Source: Blepharisma stoltei ATCC 30299 (taxonomy: Eukaryota; Protista; Ciliophora). From it: a stretch of 64,000 nt of DNA. Position 1 is the stretch's first letter, and each line of letters begins with the position of its first letter. The notes below the pieces were generated by a model. That model was not told the origin of the DNA. It saw nothing but the letters and a program-made list of their open reading frames with translations, and searched no databases. The position numbers and the translations under genes are program-made. Positions 48,592-61,831 of this stretch are shown in pieces. The stretch spans positions 461,002 through 525,001 of the forward strand of contig CBFDEM010000009.1 of NCBI GenBank assembly GCA_965603825.1, read 5' to 3'.

Positions 48592-50701
48592 TTTTATAAA
48601 ATCTTAAATTGCCACAAAAATGATTAAAATCAGGCTGATGTTCTGCTTTCGCAGGATACTTTAATGGCTAGAGAAAAACTTTGGTTTATGATTCAATAAA
48701 AATAGTCAAAAATAATTATATAGAAATAAAAGACACATGCAGTGTGATCATGGAGGGATTTTCTCAAGAAATACAAATTAAGGTATAGCCTATCCTAAAA
48801 AAATTGATAAAATGGCTAATTTAATATATTATTAAGTCTAGCTCGCGTATTTCTTTGTCCATTTCTATATGCGTTAAATAGTGGCTATGATAGCCTTCTG
48901 GTGCAATAGAAAGTCTTTAAAGTGAGATAAATTGGAAAAGACTAAAATCAAAATAAAAAGACAGTTATCTATATCAGTGTAGTTTTGGCAGCTTCCTTTT
49001 ATTAGAAATATAGACTTATACTATACTCTTTGGAATCATAGGCTATTCTCTGTTTTATCATGGGGATCTGCCGGATCACAAGACAATGTCTTTTTATGCC
49101 TGAGAAGGCACTTCATCATCTATGGCTCTTATAGACTAATTCCTAGGATCAAGCTACCCTCATGGTCTGATGTGTGACTATTGTTGAAATTTTATAATTT
49201 AAAAGTTAAGTGTGTAATAATATTCAGCAAAATTTTGCTTACTTCCCCTGCTTAATTAGAGAGCCAAGCTATTTGTTTTTAATAATTATCTGTATTTAAC
49301 TGATAAGTCTTTACAGCATATCAAGTACAAATATTTTAACACTTTAAAAAATTATTATTAAATTTTATATTAAGTTTGCTTATTCTACTTGATATTTCAA
49401 TATTGTCTTATTTCTTTTATAAAAATGTAGCCCTTATCACTTAATATATCTTAAAGATCAATTTCTGATCTTTTCAATTAAATTCTAGGCTTTAAGGTCT
49501 TATCCATTAACCATAGCATTTGTATATACCCCCAAAATTAAACTTTTACTAGAAGCAAAACAGCCACAGATCCTTTTTCTTTGCAAATCTTTAAGGGAAT
49601 ATTTCCATCAGTTATTTTATTTCAGACTTTAATAAAAACTAATCATTGAAATCAAAATATGAAATGTTTAATTGTGGTATAAAAATAAGTTTATATTCCA
49701 ATATTTTAATGCTATCATCTTATTTTAAGTCCCATATATAGCTCGAGCTTCATAAACTTTACCTCCTCCCACAATCGGAAAATTAATTGGCACTGCTTTT
49801 GGCTCCTGACTATTATTAGCATTAAGTTTGATATCTTAGCAAATAAATTACAGTAAGAATGGAAAATAACTTATAGAAACTGAAGGAATAGAAGATCTGT
49901 TTCTAATTTCAGTTATGGACATAGTTCTCCAAAAAGAGGTTTCTTTAAAATATCAATAGATAAAGAATTTAAACATGATTTTCCTAGCCTTTTTAAAAAG
50001 CTGAATAAAAAAGACAAGAAAGAATTCTAAAAAGATATAATTCCAAAAATTTGTCCACAAAAAAATTTTTTTGAGCATTTTTTTCTTGAACTTTGGCTTT
50101 TATTAATTGCTTCAGTTGATGCAAGGCCAAGCTGGAAAGAGAATTAAATTACTTCATTGCTTGAGTATCAGTGATAAAAAAGTAAATAATATCTGTATGA
50201 GTTTATTTATAGCTTTGAATAAAAGTATCCCAATTATTATTGTAGAATGCCATTGCTTTGTATTTTGCCAAGATAAATATCAAAATATTATATATCTGAG
50301 TGTAGAATCGCAGATAGCAACACTTTGAAATATCATTTATTGGTTTAACTATATTCATTGCTAGCTAGCATGCTAGATTGGTTTATTTCCAATTTTAATT
50401 TATAAAACTAGGCACTTTTTATAATTATAATTAATATAATTTTATTGTGAAATAAATAATGAAATTTAGACTAGTACTGCGCAAGCTCTGTGCTGAATGA
50501 ATTTTTACCGAAAATATTTATTTATGATTTAGCATTAGATGGTTATTGTTACAAAAAGTTAATTAATAGCATATCAGAATTTTCCTATTTAAAACCTGTA
50601 TAAAAAATAATCATTGTCTTATTCTGAACAAAATTTTCATCAAAGCTAAAAAAATATAAAATTCTCTTGAAAATTTATGATTAACTACTATTAATAAAAA
50701 T

Positions 50702-51271
50702 ATGGCTGATAGCGAAAGGTAATTCTCATTCAGCTACCAAACCCTCAAAATTACCCTCTTAGGCAGTTCCCAATCTGGAAAATCCAACCTTTTGTGCCGC
50801 TATTCTGACAACAGCTTTATTGAGGACTATCGCCCAACAATAGGAGTTGAATTTGTAATTTTTATTCAGAGATCTAAGCCTTATGATTGGAAAGGCAAAA
50901 CTATAAGAGTTTTAATTTGGGACACAGCAGGCCAAGAAAGATATAAGGCCATATCCGCATCTTATATGAGAGGAAGTCATGGCTCTGCAATCATTTTTGA
51001 CCTGTCAAGAAGAGAAAGCTTTGACAAAGTTGGAAGCTTTATAAGAGAAATTCAAGAGTCAAATAATCAAGATAAGCCAGTTATTTTGATTGGAAATAAA
51101 GCAGATTTAGAAGGATATAGGCAAATTTCATTTGAAGAAGCTAAACAATTCGCAGATAGCATAGGAGCAAGCTATGCTGAAACGTCTGCATTGACAGGTT
51201 TTAACGTTGATGATGCTTTTAGACTGCTTATAAGTGAGGCTGCTTCAAAAGCTTTGCTAGAAAATCCATAG
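50702..51271 (+). CDS. Rab-family small GTPase lacking C-terminal prenylation cysteines
   Basis: Introns 50719-50733 and 50855-50869. GSSQSGKS, PTIGVEF, WDTAGQERY, GNKAD, ETSA; ends SKALLENP. Confidence 0.92.
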
Positions 51272-51999
51272 TATTTTAATTAGCATTCTTTTATTTTACG
51301 TTATTTGAGCCTTTGGTTATGACTTGAACAGATTCTGTCCAAGCTACATATCTTGATCATTGGATTGCTAGTTTTGTGTATTCAACTGCTTTCTCCAAAT
51401 TTTGGACCTATTTAGCTTTGTAATCTCTATAACTTGTTTAATGATCTGTTAAGAAATTAAATTCTTTAATTTTTAGGTAAAATTGGTCATGCACCTTAAT
51501 TAATGATTCTCTAGCTCAGCTGAAATATAAATTCATTTATCACAGATTATTGCAAATGTCGGCTAATAGAGGAACTCTTCTACATTATCGAAGAATGCCA
51601 GATATATTGCATTAGGAACCCATCATGCTAATAAATATCTATTTAATTCAGTTAGCTTTAAGTTCTATTAATTTAAATTGAGAATTTTTTAGGAAGATTT
51701 TTATAGTTTTATTGAAAATTCTCTTCAATATTAATATAGTTGTTATATTAATTTATTCTATTGCCTTCAAATTAGCTAAATATGATTATTTATAAATAAA
51801 AATAAAGGCCTTAAGAATACTTATACGTTCCTAAATAAAATAATTCACAAAATTTTATTAATAAATTCAGATCACTTGGAAAATTGACTAATTTCATAAT
51901 CGAAATTAATTAAAAATTAATAGCTTTATAAATTTTCCTTCTTCAATAACTAAAATTAAAAGGAAATTAACTGTTTTCTGTTGCACTCCATTATATAAA

Positions 52000-52542
52000 A
52001 AGTGGCCTGTTATCTATAGTAATTTCCACTCAATGCAAATGAAGTAAAAATTGCTCTCTTGAGCTATTCCCAAGCTTATAAAACTACCTTGTTTCTAATC
52101 TTTATGATAATCATTTGTCTAATCTTACTACCTAGCATATTTGGCTGATTTTTCAATTTTTATTTTAGGAGTCCAAGCTTACTATTAAGGCACGCTATAT
52201 AAATGTTCATATTTGGGATATAGTAAGTGAAGAAGGCTCCAATCCGGAATTATGGACTTTTAATGAAGTCGATGACTGCTATTCTTTTTGATGTTTCTAG
52301 AGCGAAAGCTACAATGAGCTTGGAAGCATTTTCAATTGAATATGGAACTCGAAAATCAAGATAAGTCAATTATTTTGATAGAAAAAAACGCTGACTTAGA
52401 AGAAAGACAAGCTATAGCTCAAGATGGGAATTATTTAGCGAGAGCAAAACGGGCTACTTATTTTGAAACATCTGCATTGGCAAAAAAAAGTATTGATACA
52501 GCATTTAGAACATTGATAAATGAGATTGCAGAGAGAGGATAG
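52000..52542 (+). pseudogene. Degenerate Rab paralog
   Basis: Residual VHIWDI, FDVSR, ILIEKNADL and YFETSA motifs with frameshifts and a destroyed P-loop. The 5' boundary is approximate. Confidence 0.75.
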
Positions 52543-53059
52543 AACGAGCTGGAAAATGAAAAAGCAAGTAGATAATTATTATTACTTATAATTGCTAAGA
52601 GGAGATTAGATAATCTTAGTTTAAGTAAAATAAATAGATACGAAACCATTTTGATAGGACTACACTTTGAAATATATAAATAATTCTATTAACTTAAACA
52701 GGCATAATTTGCTTTTTATATTAATATCTTCAAAGATTAATAAACTTCAGTATTTAAATAGAAAATGCTAATATAAATTTTTTAAAGAGTTTTAAGCCGA
52801 TGCTTGATTTTCAATAGATTGAGAGAATCTATGAATGCCATTATCTTTAGTATATTAGTTGCATTTTCGGCTGTTAAATCTTCTTTTGTGATATTTTTAT
52901 CTATTTGGGATACAAAAAAGGTTATATCGATTACTAAGTTAAAAACCGAAGTTATGTCTTTTTAAATGTTTTTAAAAAAATATATTTAATAAATATTTTA
53001 TTGAATACACATATATTAATATTTTGCGATATTAATTTTGAAATATCAAAATTCAATAA

Positions 53060-53593
53060 ATGAAAAAAGAGGTGCACAAATCAATTATTGTCATAGGAGA
53101 ATATAGATCTGGAAAAGCATCAATTATAACTCGATATTGCTCTAACGAGATTTATGGCAGAAAATCTGACTGATTTGAGTCTGGCTTCGTATTAATTATA
53201 TAGAAAAGCAAAAATATTACTCAACGTCATCAAACAATCAAACTGATGGTTTGAAAAACACCTGTTAAGCCCGCATTTAGAGATTTCTCCTCCGACTATT
53301 ATTCAGGGCCATATGGGTGACTCGTTGTATTCGATTTGACGAACCGAGAGTCGTTTGATTATATATCTTTTTGAGTTGGTGAAATTCGAAAGCATGGAAA
53401 TCAAGCCAATCCGATTTTTATAGTCGGAAATAAATCAGATTTAAAAAAGAAGAGGCAAGTTTCATATGAAGAAGCTAAAATGTTAGCAGATAGCTTTAAT
53501 GTGCCTTATGCAGATGTTTCAGTACTATATAATCACAATCTTGATACTGTATTTAGCATTCTTTTGAAAGAGATGACATTTAACAAAAAATAA
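53060..53593 (+). CDS. Divergent Rab-like protein, probable pseudo-GTPase (absent from ORF track)
   Basis: Open from ATG 53060 to TAA 53591-53593 with intron 53189-53203 and four TGA=Trp. G1 GEYRSGKA, G3 [W]KTPVK, VFDLTNRESF, GNKSDL, RQVSYEEA. Confidence 0.8.
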
Positions 53594-53825
53594 TTAATTA
53601 GATGAAAATAAAGTAAGTAAAAATAAAAGCTAATTATTATAAAAATAATTAGCTACAGTAATGAAGCTAATGACCCAAAATATCAAAATTTACAGATATT
53701 TTACTAGAATTTAGCAGAGAAAACATGTTGTGAAAAATAATAAAAAATTTTTCATTAATATAATTAAAGTAAAATAGTAATCATTACTTATCTAAACTAC
53801 TTTACATTAATCTTTGATTGTACCT

Positions 53826-56027
53826 CTAACCCAGCTGAGCCATGCTGAAAATTTCAACATTATCATTTTCTTTTATTACAATATGATTATTAGCAACTTC
53901 AACTGCATTGATATCCCTCGAAAATAAAGACCTAAATTTCTGCTTGACAGTTTTTGTTTTTATATCCCATATATTAAAAATTCCTTTTTCGCACCCTTCA
54001 ATAAGCAATGCCCCATCAGAATCAGCAATGCAGCAACTAAAAGATTTTCCTTCACTTTTTAAACTAACAATGTCTCCATCATCAACATTTAGAATATCTA
54101 TATAATTTACATTCTCTCTTGACGTAAAAAACGCAATATGTAATAAAAAAGGTGATAGTGCATATATTAAGCATCTTTTCTCTATCTGAATTTTTTTCAT
54201 GCAGTCACCTTTTTGTAAATCTCATACATAAAGAAAATTTTGAGAATCATATCAAAAATCATAATTTCCGCACTCAGAAAATCTAAGATGGCGATCGGTT
54301 TGTTGGGTTTTAATCGTTCTAACTAAAATGAAATCAGGGATGCTATAATACTTATATGACAAATTACCGGAGCAGATCAAATAATTTTCACAATAAGAAA
54401 ATGAATATTCAAGATTCCACCATTGTTCAAAGCTTAATGTTTTTATTGAAAAATCCCGCTTGATGTCATATATTTGTATTTTAGCACCAAATCTTCTCAG
54501 TAAATAAGTTTCAAAAGGAGAAAATACATAGTCATCATAAAACCCATATTGCATGAATTTTTTGATTTGTTTTGGGTTACAAGTTCTCAGTTCTCATAAG
54601 ATAGATTTTTCTAAACTTGAAGTAATGAGATATGTACCTTTTGGAGATACTTTAGCTTTATAAATCATAAGATGCCTATTATTATCATTTTGGACAAATT
54701 TAGAAGAAAATTCATAAATTTTTATACTACCTTTAGAATCGCTCCAAGAAATATATTTTCCTGAAATAGAAAACATTACTGAAATAATATTGCCTTCAAA
54801 TCCAGAAAAAAATTGGGATATATTCTTCGTTTTTAAGTCTATAATAAATCCCTCATTTCCTTTTGGACTGATTGCTAAAAATTTTCCACAAGGAGAAAAT
54901 GATAAACATAATATCTTTTTTGTCCAATAAAAAATCTTTATTTTAGCTGAGGTTATAGTATCTATGATATATACTGATTCAGAATCACAGAAAGCCATTT
55001 TATGTCCACAATAAGAAATAGAAAAAACGTTTTTAATAGGAAACTTTCCTCAAATTTTGCTATAAAGAGTCCAATTTTCAGTTTCGACTACAGAAATTGA
55101 TTTTGCTCTTATCATTGCTAAATATCTATTGGATGGAGAAAAAATCAATTTTGAGGTTCTATATGTAAGTGCTTTAGTAGTTCCAAGAATCTGTTTGCCT
55201 TTCTCTATATCCCAGCTAAGAACAGTTGAGTTGGCATCAAGGGCTGTAATATATTTTCAATTTGGCGAAATTACCAATCTATGTAATTTAATTTCATGTA
55301 TAAGTCTATTTCCATAATTATCTCAAAGCTTTATATATTGTCCATGAACAGTAGCTAATCTTGCTAAGGAAGGTTCGAGTCTAGGGCTATGAGCATACTT
55401 AATATTTGTAGTAATAAAATCGTTTAAGTTGACTTTATTTCTAATTTTTTGCTCTTTTAAGTCAATTTCTATGACGCTATCGTCACTCCGATAGTAAAAA
55501 TATTTATCATCTGGAGAGAAATTGAGCCCTTTTGCATCCTTTGAATTAAATTTTATAAAATACCCAAAATTTGCACAACTGAGGTCACAATTTTTAAAAT
55601 TCACACAATGAAATTGGGACTGTAAAAACTTGACTTCCTTTAAATAGCTATTTTCAAAAGTTACATTTACGAATAGGCGTTGGGATAGGTCAGCTTTTGG
55701 GATGCGAATTCTGCTGAAATCGATATCTTTAAATACGAAATCGCTTTTGGCAAGTATAGTTGCAGCATTACTGCATGCTAAATCAATTTCTTTTGACGTT
55801 CTCGAGAGCAAAATCACTTTCACGAGATCTTCTTTGTTGCTTTCTCTAATAAAACTATTAAAGCAAGACAAAATATCTGGAAAATCAATTAAATCAAGCT
55901 TGTTTAAATAAGAGTTCTTGATTGAATCAAGAGTTTTCCAAATGTTGATGTCTTTCAGTATTTTTTGAGCTAAATATTCGTTATAATCTCTTTCTGAGCG
56001 ATTTAATAGTTTATTGATTTTATACAT
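53826..56027 (-). CDS. Pentapeptide-repeat + WD40-repeat protein, copy 1 (733 aa)
   Basis: Four ORF-track pieces in one frame joined by TGA=Trp at WD positions. CSNAATIL..IRIPKADLS..FKNCDLSCANF pentapeptide region, then many FSP..YL..WD blades. Confidence 0.88.
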
Positions 56028-56669
56028 TATAACAATATTGAAAATAGCTTTACTTCAGAAATTAATTTATTAAAGCTTTCATGGAAAATCAACTACTAGT
56101 GACTTTATATTCTGGAATCACTTAAAAGTATTTGAAGTGCTTTATATAGCATGCCTTCTTTAATCTAGGCATATTAATACAGAAGCAAGACAATTTATTT
56201 ATAAATAATATAAAATAAATTTCAATTAATTATAAAGCAATTTTTTAAAAATGATGAACCACACAAGAAAATCAGCCCGAGCCTGAAATAAGATGAGATT
56301 CATGAGTGTCTTTTCATTTAAATTCTTATTTAGTCATAAAGATGAGTAGCAAGCAATGTCATATGATGGAGATTTTAATAAAAATATGGATATTTAAGCT
56401 AAAAACTGTGCAGTATGCATCAACGGATGATTGGGGAGTTTAGAAATTGCTGAAGATATCATTTTCCCTATAGTACATAAGATTCAATTACCAAACTATA
56501 ATATTGATAGAGCACTATTCAATCTCAAATTACTAGAAAGAAGACCTCCTACATCCTTTAGAGAAAACATATTGCGAAAAATAATAAAAAAATTTCCATT
56601 AATATAATTAAAGTAAAATAGTAATTATTAATTATCTAAACTACTTTACCTTAATCTTTGATTATACCT

Positions 56670-58865
56670 CTAACCCAGCTGAGCCATGCTGAAAATTTCA
56701 ACATTATCTTTTTCTTTTATTATAATATGGTTATTAGCAACTTCAACTGCATTGATATCCCTCGAAAATAAAGACCTAAATTTCTGCTTGACAGTTTTTG
56801 TTTTTATATCCCATAAATTAAAAATTCCTTTTTTGCACCCTTCAATAAGCAATGCCCCATCAGAATCAGCAATGCAGCAACTAAAAGATTTTCCTTCACT
56901 TTTTAAACTAACAATGTCTCCATCATCAACATTTAGAATATCTATATAATTTACATTCTCTCTTGACGTAAAAAACGCAATATGTAATAAAAAAGGTGAT
57001 AGTGCCCTAATAGAGCATATGAAGCTCTCCATATGCATTTTTTTCATGCAGTCACCTTTTTGTAAATCTCATACATAAAGAAAATTTTGAGAATCATATC
57101 AAAAATCATAATTTCCACATTCGGAAAATCTAAGATGGCTACCATTTTGTTGGGTTTTAATTATTCTAACTAAAGTAAAATCAGGGATGCTGTAATACTT
57201 ATACGACAATTTATCCAAGCAGATCAAATAATTTTCACAACGAGAAAATGAATATTCAAGATTCCACCATTGTTCAAAACTTAATGTTTTTATTGAAAAA
57301 TCCCGCTTGATGTCATATATTTGTATTTTATCACCAAATTTTCTCAATAAATAAGTTTCAAAAGGAGAAAATACATAGTCATTATACCACCCATTTTGCA
57401 TGAATTTTTTGATTTGTTTTGGGTTACAAGTTCTCAGTTCTCATAAGATAGATTTTTCTAAACTTGTAGTAATGAGATATGTACCTTTTGGAGATACTTT
57501 AGCTTTATAAATGGTAAGATGCCTATTATTATCATTTTGGACAAATTTAGAAGAAAATTCATAAATTTTTATACTCCCTTTAGAATCGCTCCAAGAAATA
57601 TATTTTCCTGAAATAGAAAACATTACTGATATAATATTGCCTTCAAATCCAGAAAAAAATTGTGAAATATTCTTCGTTTTTAAGTCTATAATAAATCCCT
57701 CATTTCCTTTTGGATTGATTGCTAAAAATTTTCCACAAGGAGAAAATGACAAACATAATATCTTTCCTGTCCTATAAAAAATTTTTGTTTTAGCTGAGGT
57801 TATAGTATCTATGATATATATTGATTCAGAATCACAGAAAGCCATTTTTTGTCCACAATAAGAAATAGAAAAAACGTTTTTAATAGGAAACTTTCCTCAA
57901 AATTTCCTATAGAGACTCCAATTTTCAGTTTCGATTACAGAAATTGATCCTGCTCTTATCATTGCTAAATATCTATTGGATGGAGAAAAAACCAATTTTG
58001 AGGTTCTATAAGTGAGGGCTTTAGTAATTCCAAGAATCTGTTTGCCTTTCTCTATATCCCAGCTAAGAACAGTTGAGTTGGCATCAAGAGCTGCAATATA
58101 TTTTCAATTTGATGAAATTACCAATCTATGCAAATTAAGCTCACATATAAGTCTATTTCCATAATTGTCCTTAATCTTTATATATTGTCCATGAACACTT
58201 GCTAAGGAAGATTCGAATCTAAAGCTATGAGTGTACGTAATATTTGTAGTAATAAAATCGTTTAAGTTGACTTTATTTCTAATTTTTTGCTCTTTTAAGT
58301 CAATTTCTATGACACTATCATCATTTTGATAGTAAAAATATTTATCATCTGTAGAGAAATTGAGCCCTTTTGCATCCTTTGAATTAAATTTTATAAAATA
58401 CCCAAAATTTGCACAGCTGAGGTCACAATTTTTAAAATTCACACAATGAAATTGGGACTGTAAAAACTTGACTTCCTTTAAATAGCTATTTTCAAAAGTT
58501 GCATTTACGAATAGGCGCTGGGATAGGTCAGCTTTTGGGATGCGAATTCTGCTGAAATCGATATCTTTAAATACGAAATCGCTTTTGGCAAGTATAGTTG
58601 CAGCATTACTGCATGCTAAATCAATTTCTTTTGACGTTCTAGAGAGCAAAATCAATTTCACGAGATCTTCTTTATTGCTTTCTCTAATAAAACTATTAAA
58701 GCAAGACAAAATATCTGGAAAATCAACTAAATCAAGCTTGTTTAAATAAGAGTTCTTGATTGAATCAAGAGTTTTCCAAATGTTGATGTCTTTCAGTATT
58801 TTCTGAGCTAAATATTCGTTATAATCTCTTTCTGAGCGATTTAATAGCTTATTGATTTTATTCAT
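56670..58865 (-). CDS. Pentapeptide-repeat + WD40-repeat protein, copy 2 (731 aa)
   Basis: Near-identical tandem duplicate of copy 1; a single frame with TGA=Trp. Confidence 0.88.
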
Positions 58866-59593
58866 TATAACAATATGAGACTCTGGAAAATAGCTTTACT
58901 TCAGAAATTAATTTATTAAAATTTCATATAAAACCAACTACTTTGACTTTATATTATGAAATCGCTTAAAAGTATTTGAAGTGCTTTATATAATATGCCT
59001 TCTTTAATCTAAGCATATTTACAGAAACAAGACGCTTTATTTTAAATAATATAAAGTAAACTTCAATTAATTATAATGCAATTTTTATAAACATGATGAA
59101 CTACAGCAAGAAAATCAGCCTGAGCCTGAAATAAAATGAGATTCATCTGTGTCTTTCATTTAAATTCTTATCTAATTTAAAGACGAAGAGCAAGCAATGG
59201 CACATGATAAGGCTTTTAATAAAAAAATTGGATATTTAAGCTAAAAATTGTGCAGCATGCATCAACGGATGTTTGGGGGTGCCATAAGAAATTGTTGAAG
59301 ATATCATTATTTCTATAGAACAGAGGATTCTATTCCAAACTATCATATTGATAGAGCACTTTTCAATCTCAAATTACTAGAAAGAAGACCTCCTGCATCC
59401 TTAATATCAGTTTTTTTATGATGAAATTTATTGAAATATAGTAATAAAATTTTAAAAATAATGGGCAACTTTTTTATTGTTCTTTTTACAAAGATTCTCT
59501 TTGACCAAAAAGGTTCTTTATAATATAAATATTTTTTCTGACGAATTAATATATATTATTAAACAGTTAACCTAATTTTTCTAATTAAATGCT

Positions 59594-61831
59594 TTAGTCT
59601 AATTGGGCTGCCTTGTAAATTTCTATATTTTGTTTCTCTCTTATTATTATAAGTCCATTTACATCTTCAACTGATTTAATAGATCTCAAAAATAAAGATC
59701 TGATTTTTTCTTTTACAGTCCAAGTTTCAACATCCCATATATTAATAATACCATTTTCATTTCCTCCTATAATTTCTCTCCCATTAGGACTAAAGCAAAA
59801 GCAGGTAATTTCTTCACGACTCTCTATGCAAACACTATCATTTGTATCTATGTTTAAAACTTTAATATAAGGTTTGGGCTTTGATGGGAACAAAAAAGCA
59901 AATTTTGATAAAGTTGATGTGAAAGTAAAAATAGTTGCCCCTTTCTCTCTCTGAATGCTTTTAATGAAGCAATCTTTTTCTAAGTCTCATATGCAAATAC
60001 AAAACTGAGAGCCTATTCAAATACTATACTTACCACACTTAGTAAATGCATAATGGTAATAGTCTAGGGTTTTAGTTTCTGCAATTTTGACTTTATCCAA
60101 ATAAGGAATCGTGAAATATTCATAAATATCGTTTCTTAAGCAGATAAAATAACTCTCACAATTAGAAAATGTGAAGTGGCAAAAATAGCCTAGTGTTAAT
60201 GTTTTTAGCCACATATCACGCTTTATATGATAAATGTCAAAATGATGGTAGATTCTTTGGACGAGGTAAGTATCAAAAGGAGAAAAAGCAAAATTAAGAT
60301 AAAAAGCACTAAAAGAAAGCTGCTTTATTTGCTTCGGGTTGAAATCTGTTAAATCCCATAAGATAGATTTCTTTTGATTAAAAAAAAGGAGATAGGTTCC
60401 TTTTGGTGATACTTTTGCCTTTTGAAAATTCTTTCCATTTTTCACGAATTTTGGAAAAAATTCATAAACTCAGATTTCCCCATATCAGTTGGTTAAAGAA
60501 ATATATTTGCTTGACATTGAAAGCAGCACTGATGTTAATTTGTCCTTAAATCCAGCAAAAACTTGTAAAATTCTTTGGTTTTCTAAGTTCATCATATATC
60601 CAACCCCTTTATTAGATCCAAATGCTAAAAATTTCCCGCACAGAGAAAAAGTTAGTGCTCGTATTTTTTTATTTTTGAAAAAAATCTTAGATTGGTCTGA
60701 AGACGAAACATCTATCAAATGTATGCCAGAAGAGCTACAAGCAATTTTTGTTTCACAAGATGAGATAGCAATAACGCCTTTTAAAGAGAATCTGCCTCGA
60801 AGAAATCTGATTAGAGTTCAATTTTTAGTTTCAATTATATAAATCGTGTCTGGACTTTTTATTGCTAAATATTTGCTGGAAGGAGCAAAAGCAAATTGTG
60901 TTCATTTATGATCAAATTTATTAAAAGGATCAATAATTTGATGATTGTTTTCTATGTCTCAGCACCTGATAAAAATATTATTGTCATAAGCTACTATATA
61001 TTTATAATTTGGTGAAAATTTCAAATTAAAAGGATCTATATAAAATAAAAGCCTATTTTCATGTTCATCCCAAAATTCAATGAATTGATTACGGGTCTTT
61101 AATGTGACAGGCTTGAGCTCTGCGTTGAGACATTTAGTGATATGTGAAGAAACAAAATTTGTAAAATTAGCCTTAATTTTTGATTCTTGATTTTTCAAGT
61201 CCAGTTCTATCAAATTATTGTCATTTCTGTAGCAAAAATAGTTATCATCATCAGAGAAACTTAATCCTTTTCCCTTTCGTGTCAATCCTGCCCAAGTCTT
61301 CTCTCGCACTGACCGCGCACAAACGGGGGCCAAGGGAGTTCCTCTCATGAGGCACTCGTAGTCTCAAGAGTCGCAATGTTTTCTACCAAAGGTTCCGACA
61401 TGCCGGCCTCCACTAGTAATATGCGATTGCAAAAAATTGACCTCTTTTAGGTTGCTGTTTTCAAAATTCACATTTATAAATAAGCATTGAGATAAATCCG
61501 CTTTTGGGATGCGGATATTGCTTAAATCTATATTCTTAAAAGAAAAATCACTTTTAGCTAGAATAGTTATTGCATTGCTGCAAGCCAAATCAATCTCTTT
61601 TGATAATCTTGAAAGCAATACTAAGTTTAGGAGGTCTTCTTTGAGAGTCTTATCCAAATATTTGCTAAATAGAGTATAAATATTTGGAAAATTAATTAAT
61701 TCAAGCTTATTTAAATAAGAAGCTTGAATAGAATCAATTTTTTTCAAATTTCTTATGTCATTCAAAATTTTCTGAGCTAGATATTCGTCACAACATCTCT
61801 CTGAAATAGGCTTGAGTTTTTTAAACATCAT
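59594..61831 (-). CDS. Pentapeptide-repeat + WD40-repeat protein, copy 3 (745 aa, divergent, with foreign in-frame patch)
   Basis: Five ORF-track pieces in one frame with TGA=Trp. Collinear with copies 1 and 2 except at 61272-61411. Confidence 0.8.

Larger units (their letters stand above)
44985..48737. repeat. Direct tandem duplication of the diUbl + E2 cassette (about 44985-46623 and 46997-48737)
   Basis: Upstream, coding and intergenic sequences align, e.g. gactataatgccta at the starts and tatagaaataaaagaca at the ends of both copies. Confidence 0.9.
53716..59402. repeat. Recent head-to-tail tandem duplication, unit about 2.84 kb (53716-56559, 56560-59402)
   Basis: Both units start agagaaaacat.ttg.gaaaaataataaaaaa and end ctagaaagaagacctcct.catcctt, with high identity in gene and spacer. 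Confidence 0.92.

Noticed and set aside
56230-56560. Possible small gene in the spacer between WD40 copies (also 59090-59400 and 61880-62130)
   Set aside because: Some coding-like stretches are present but with stops and frameshifts in every copy and no recognisable product.
61400-61410. GGCCGGCATG on the minus strand matches the first 10 nt of the HDV genomic ribozyme
   Set aside because: The downstream sequence lacks the complementary P1 strand and the nested pseudoknot core; a 10-nt match is compatible with chance.
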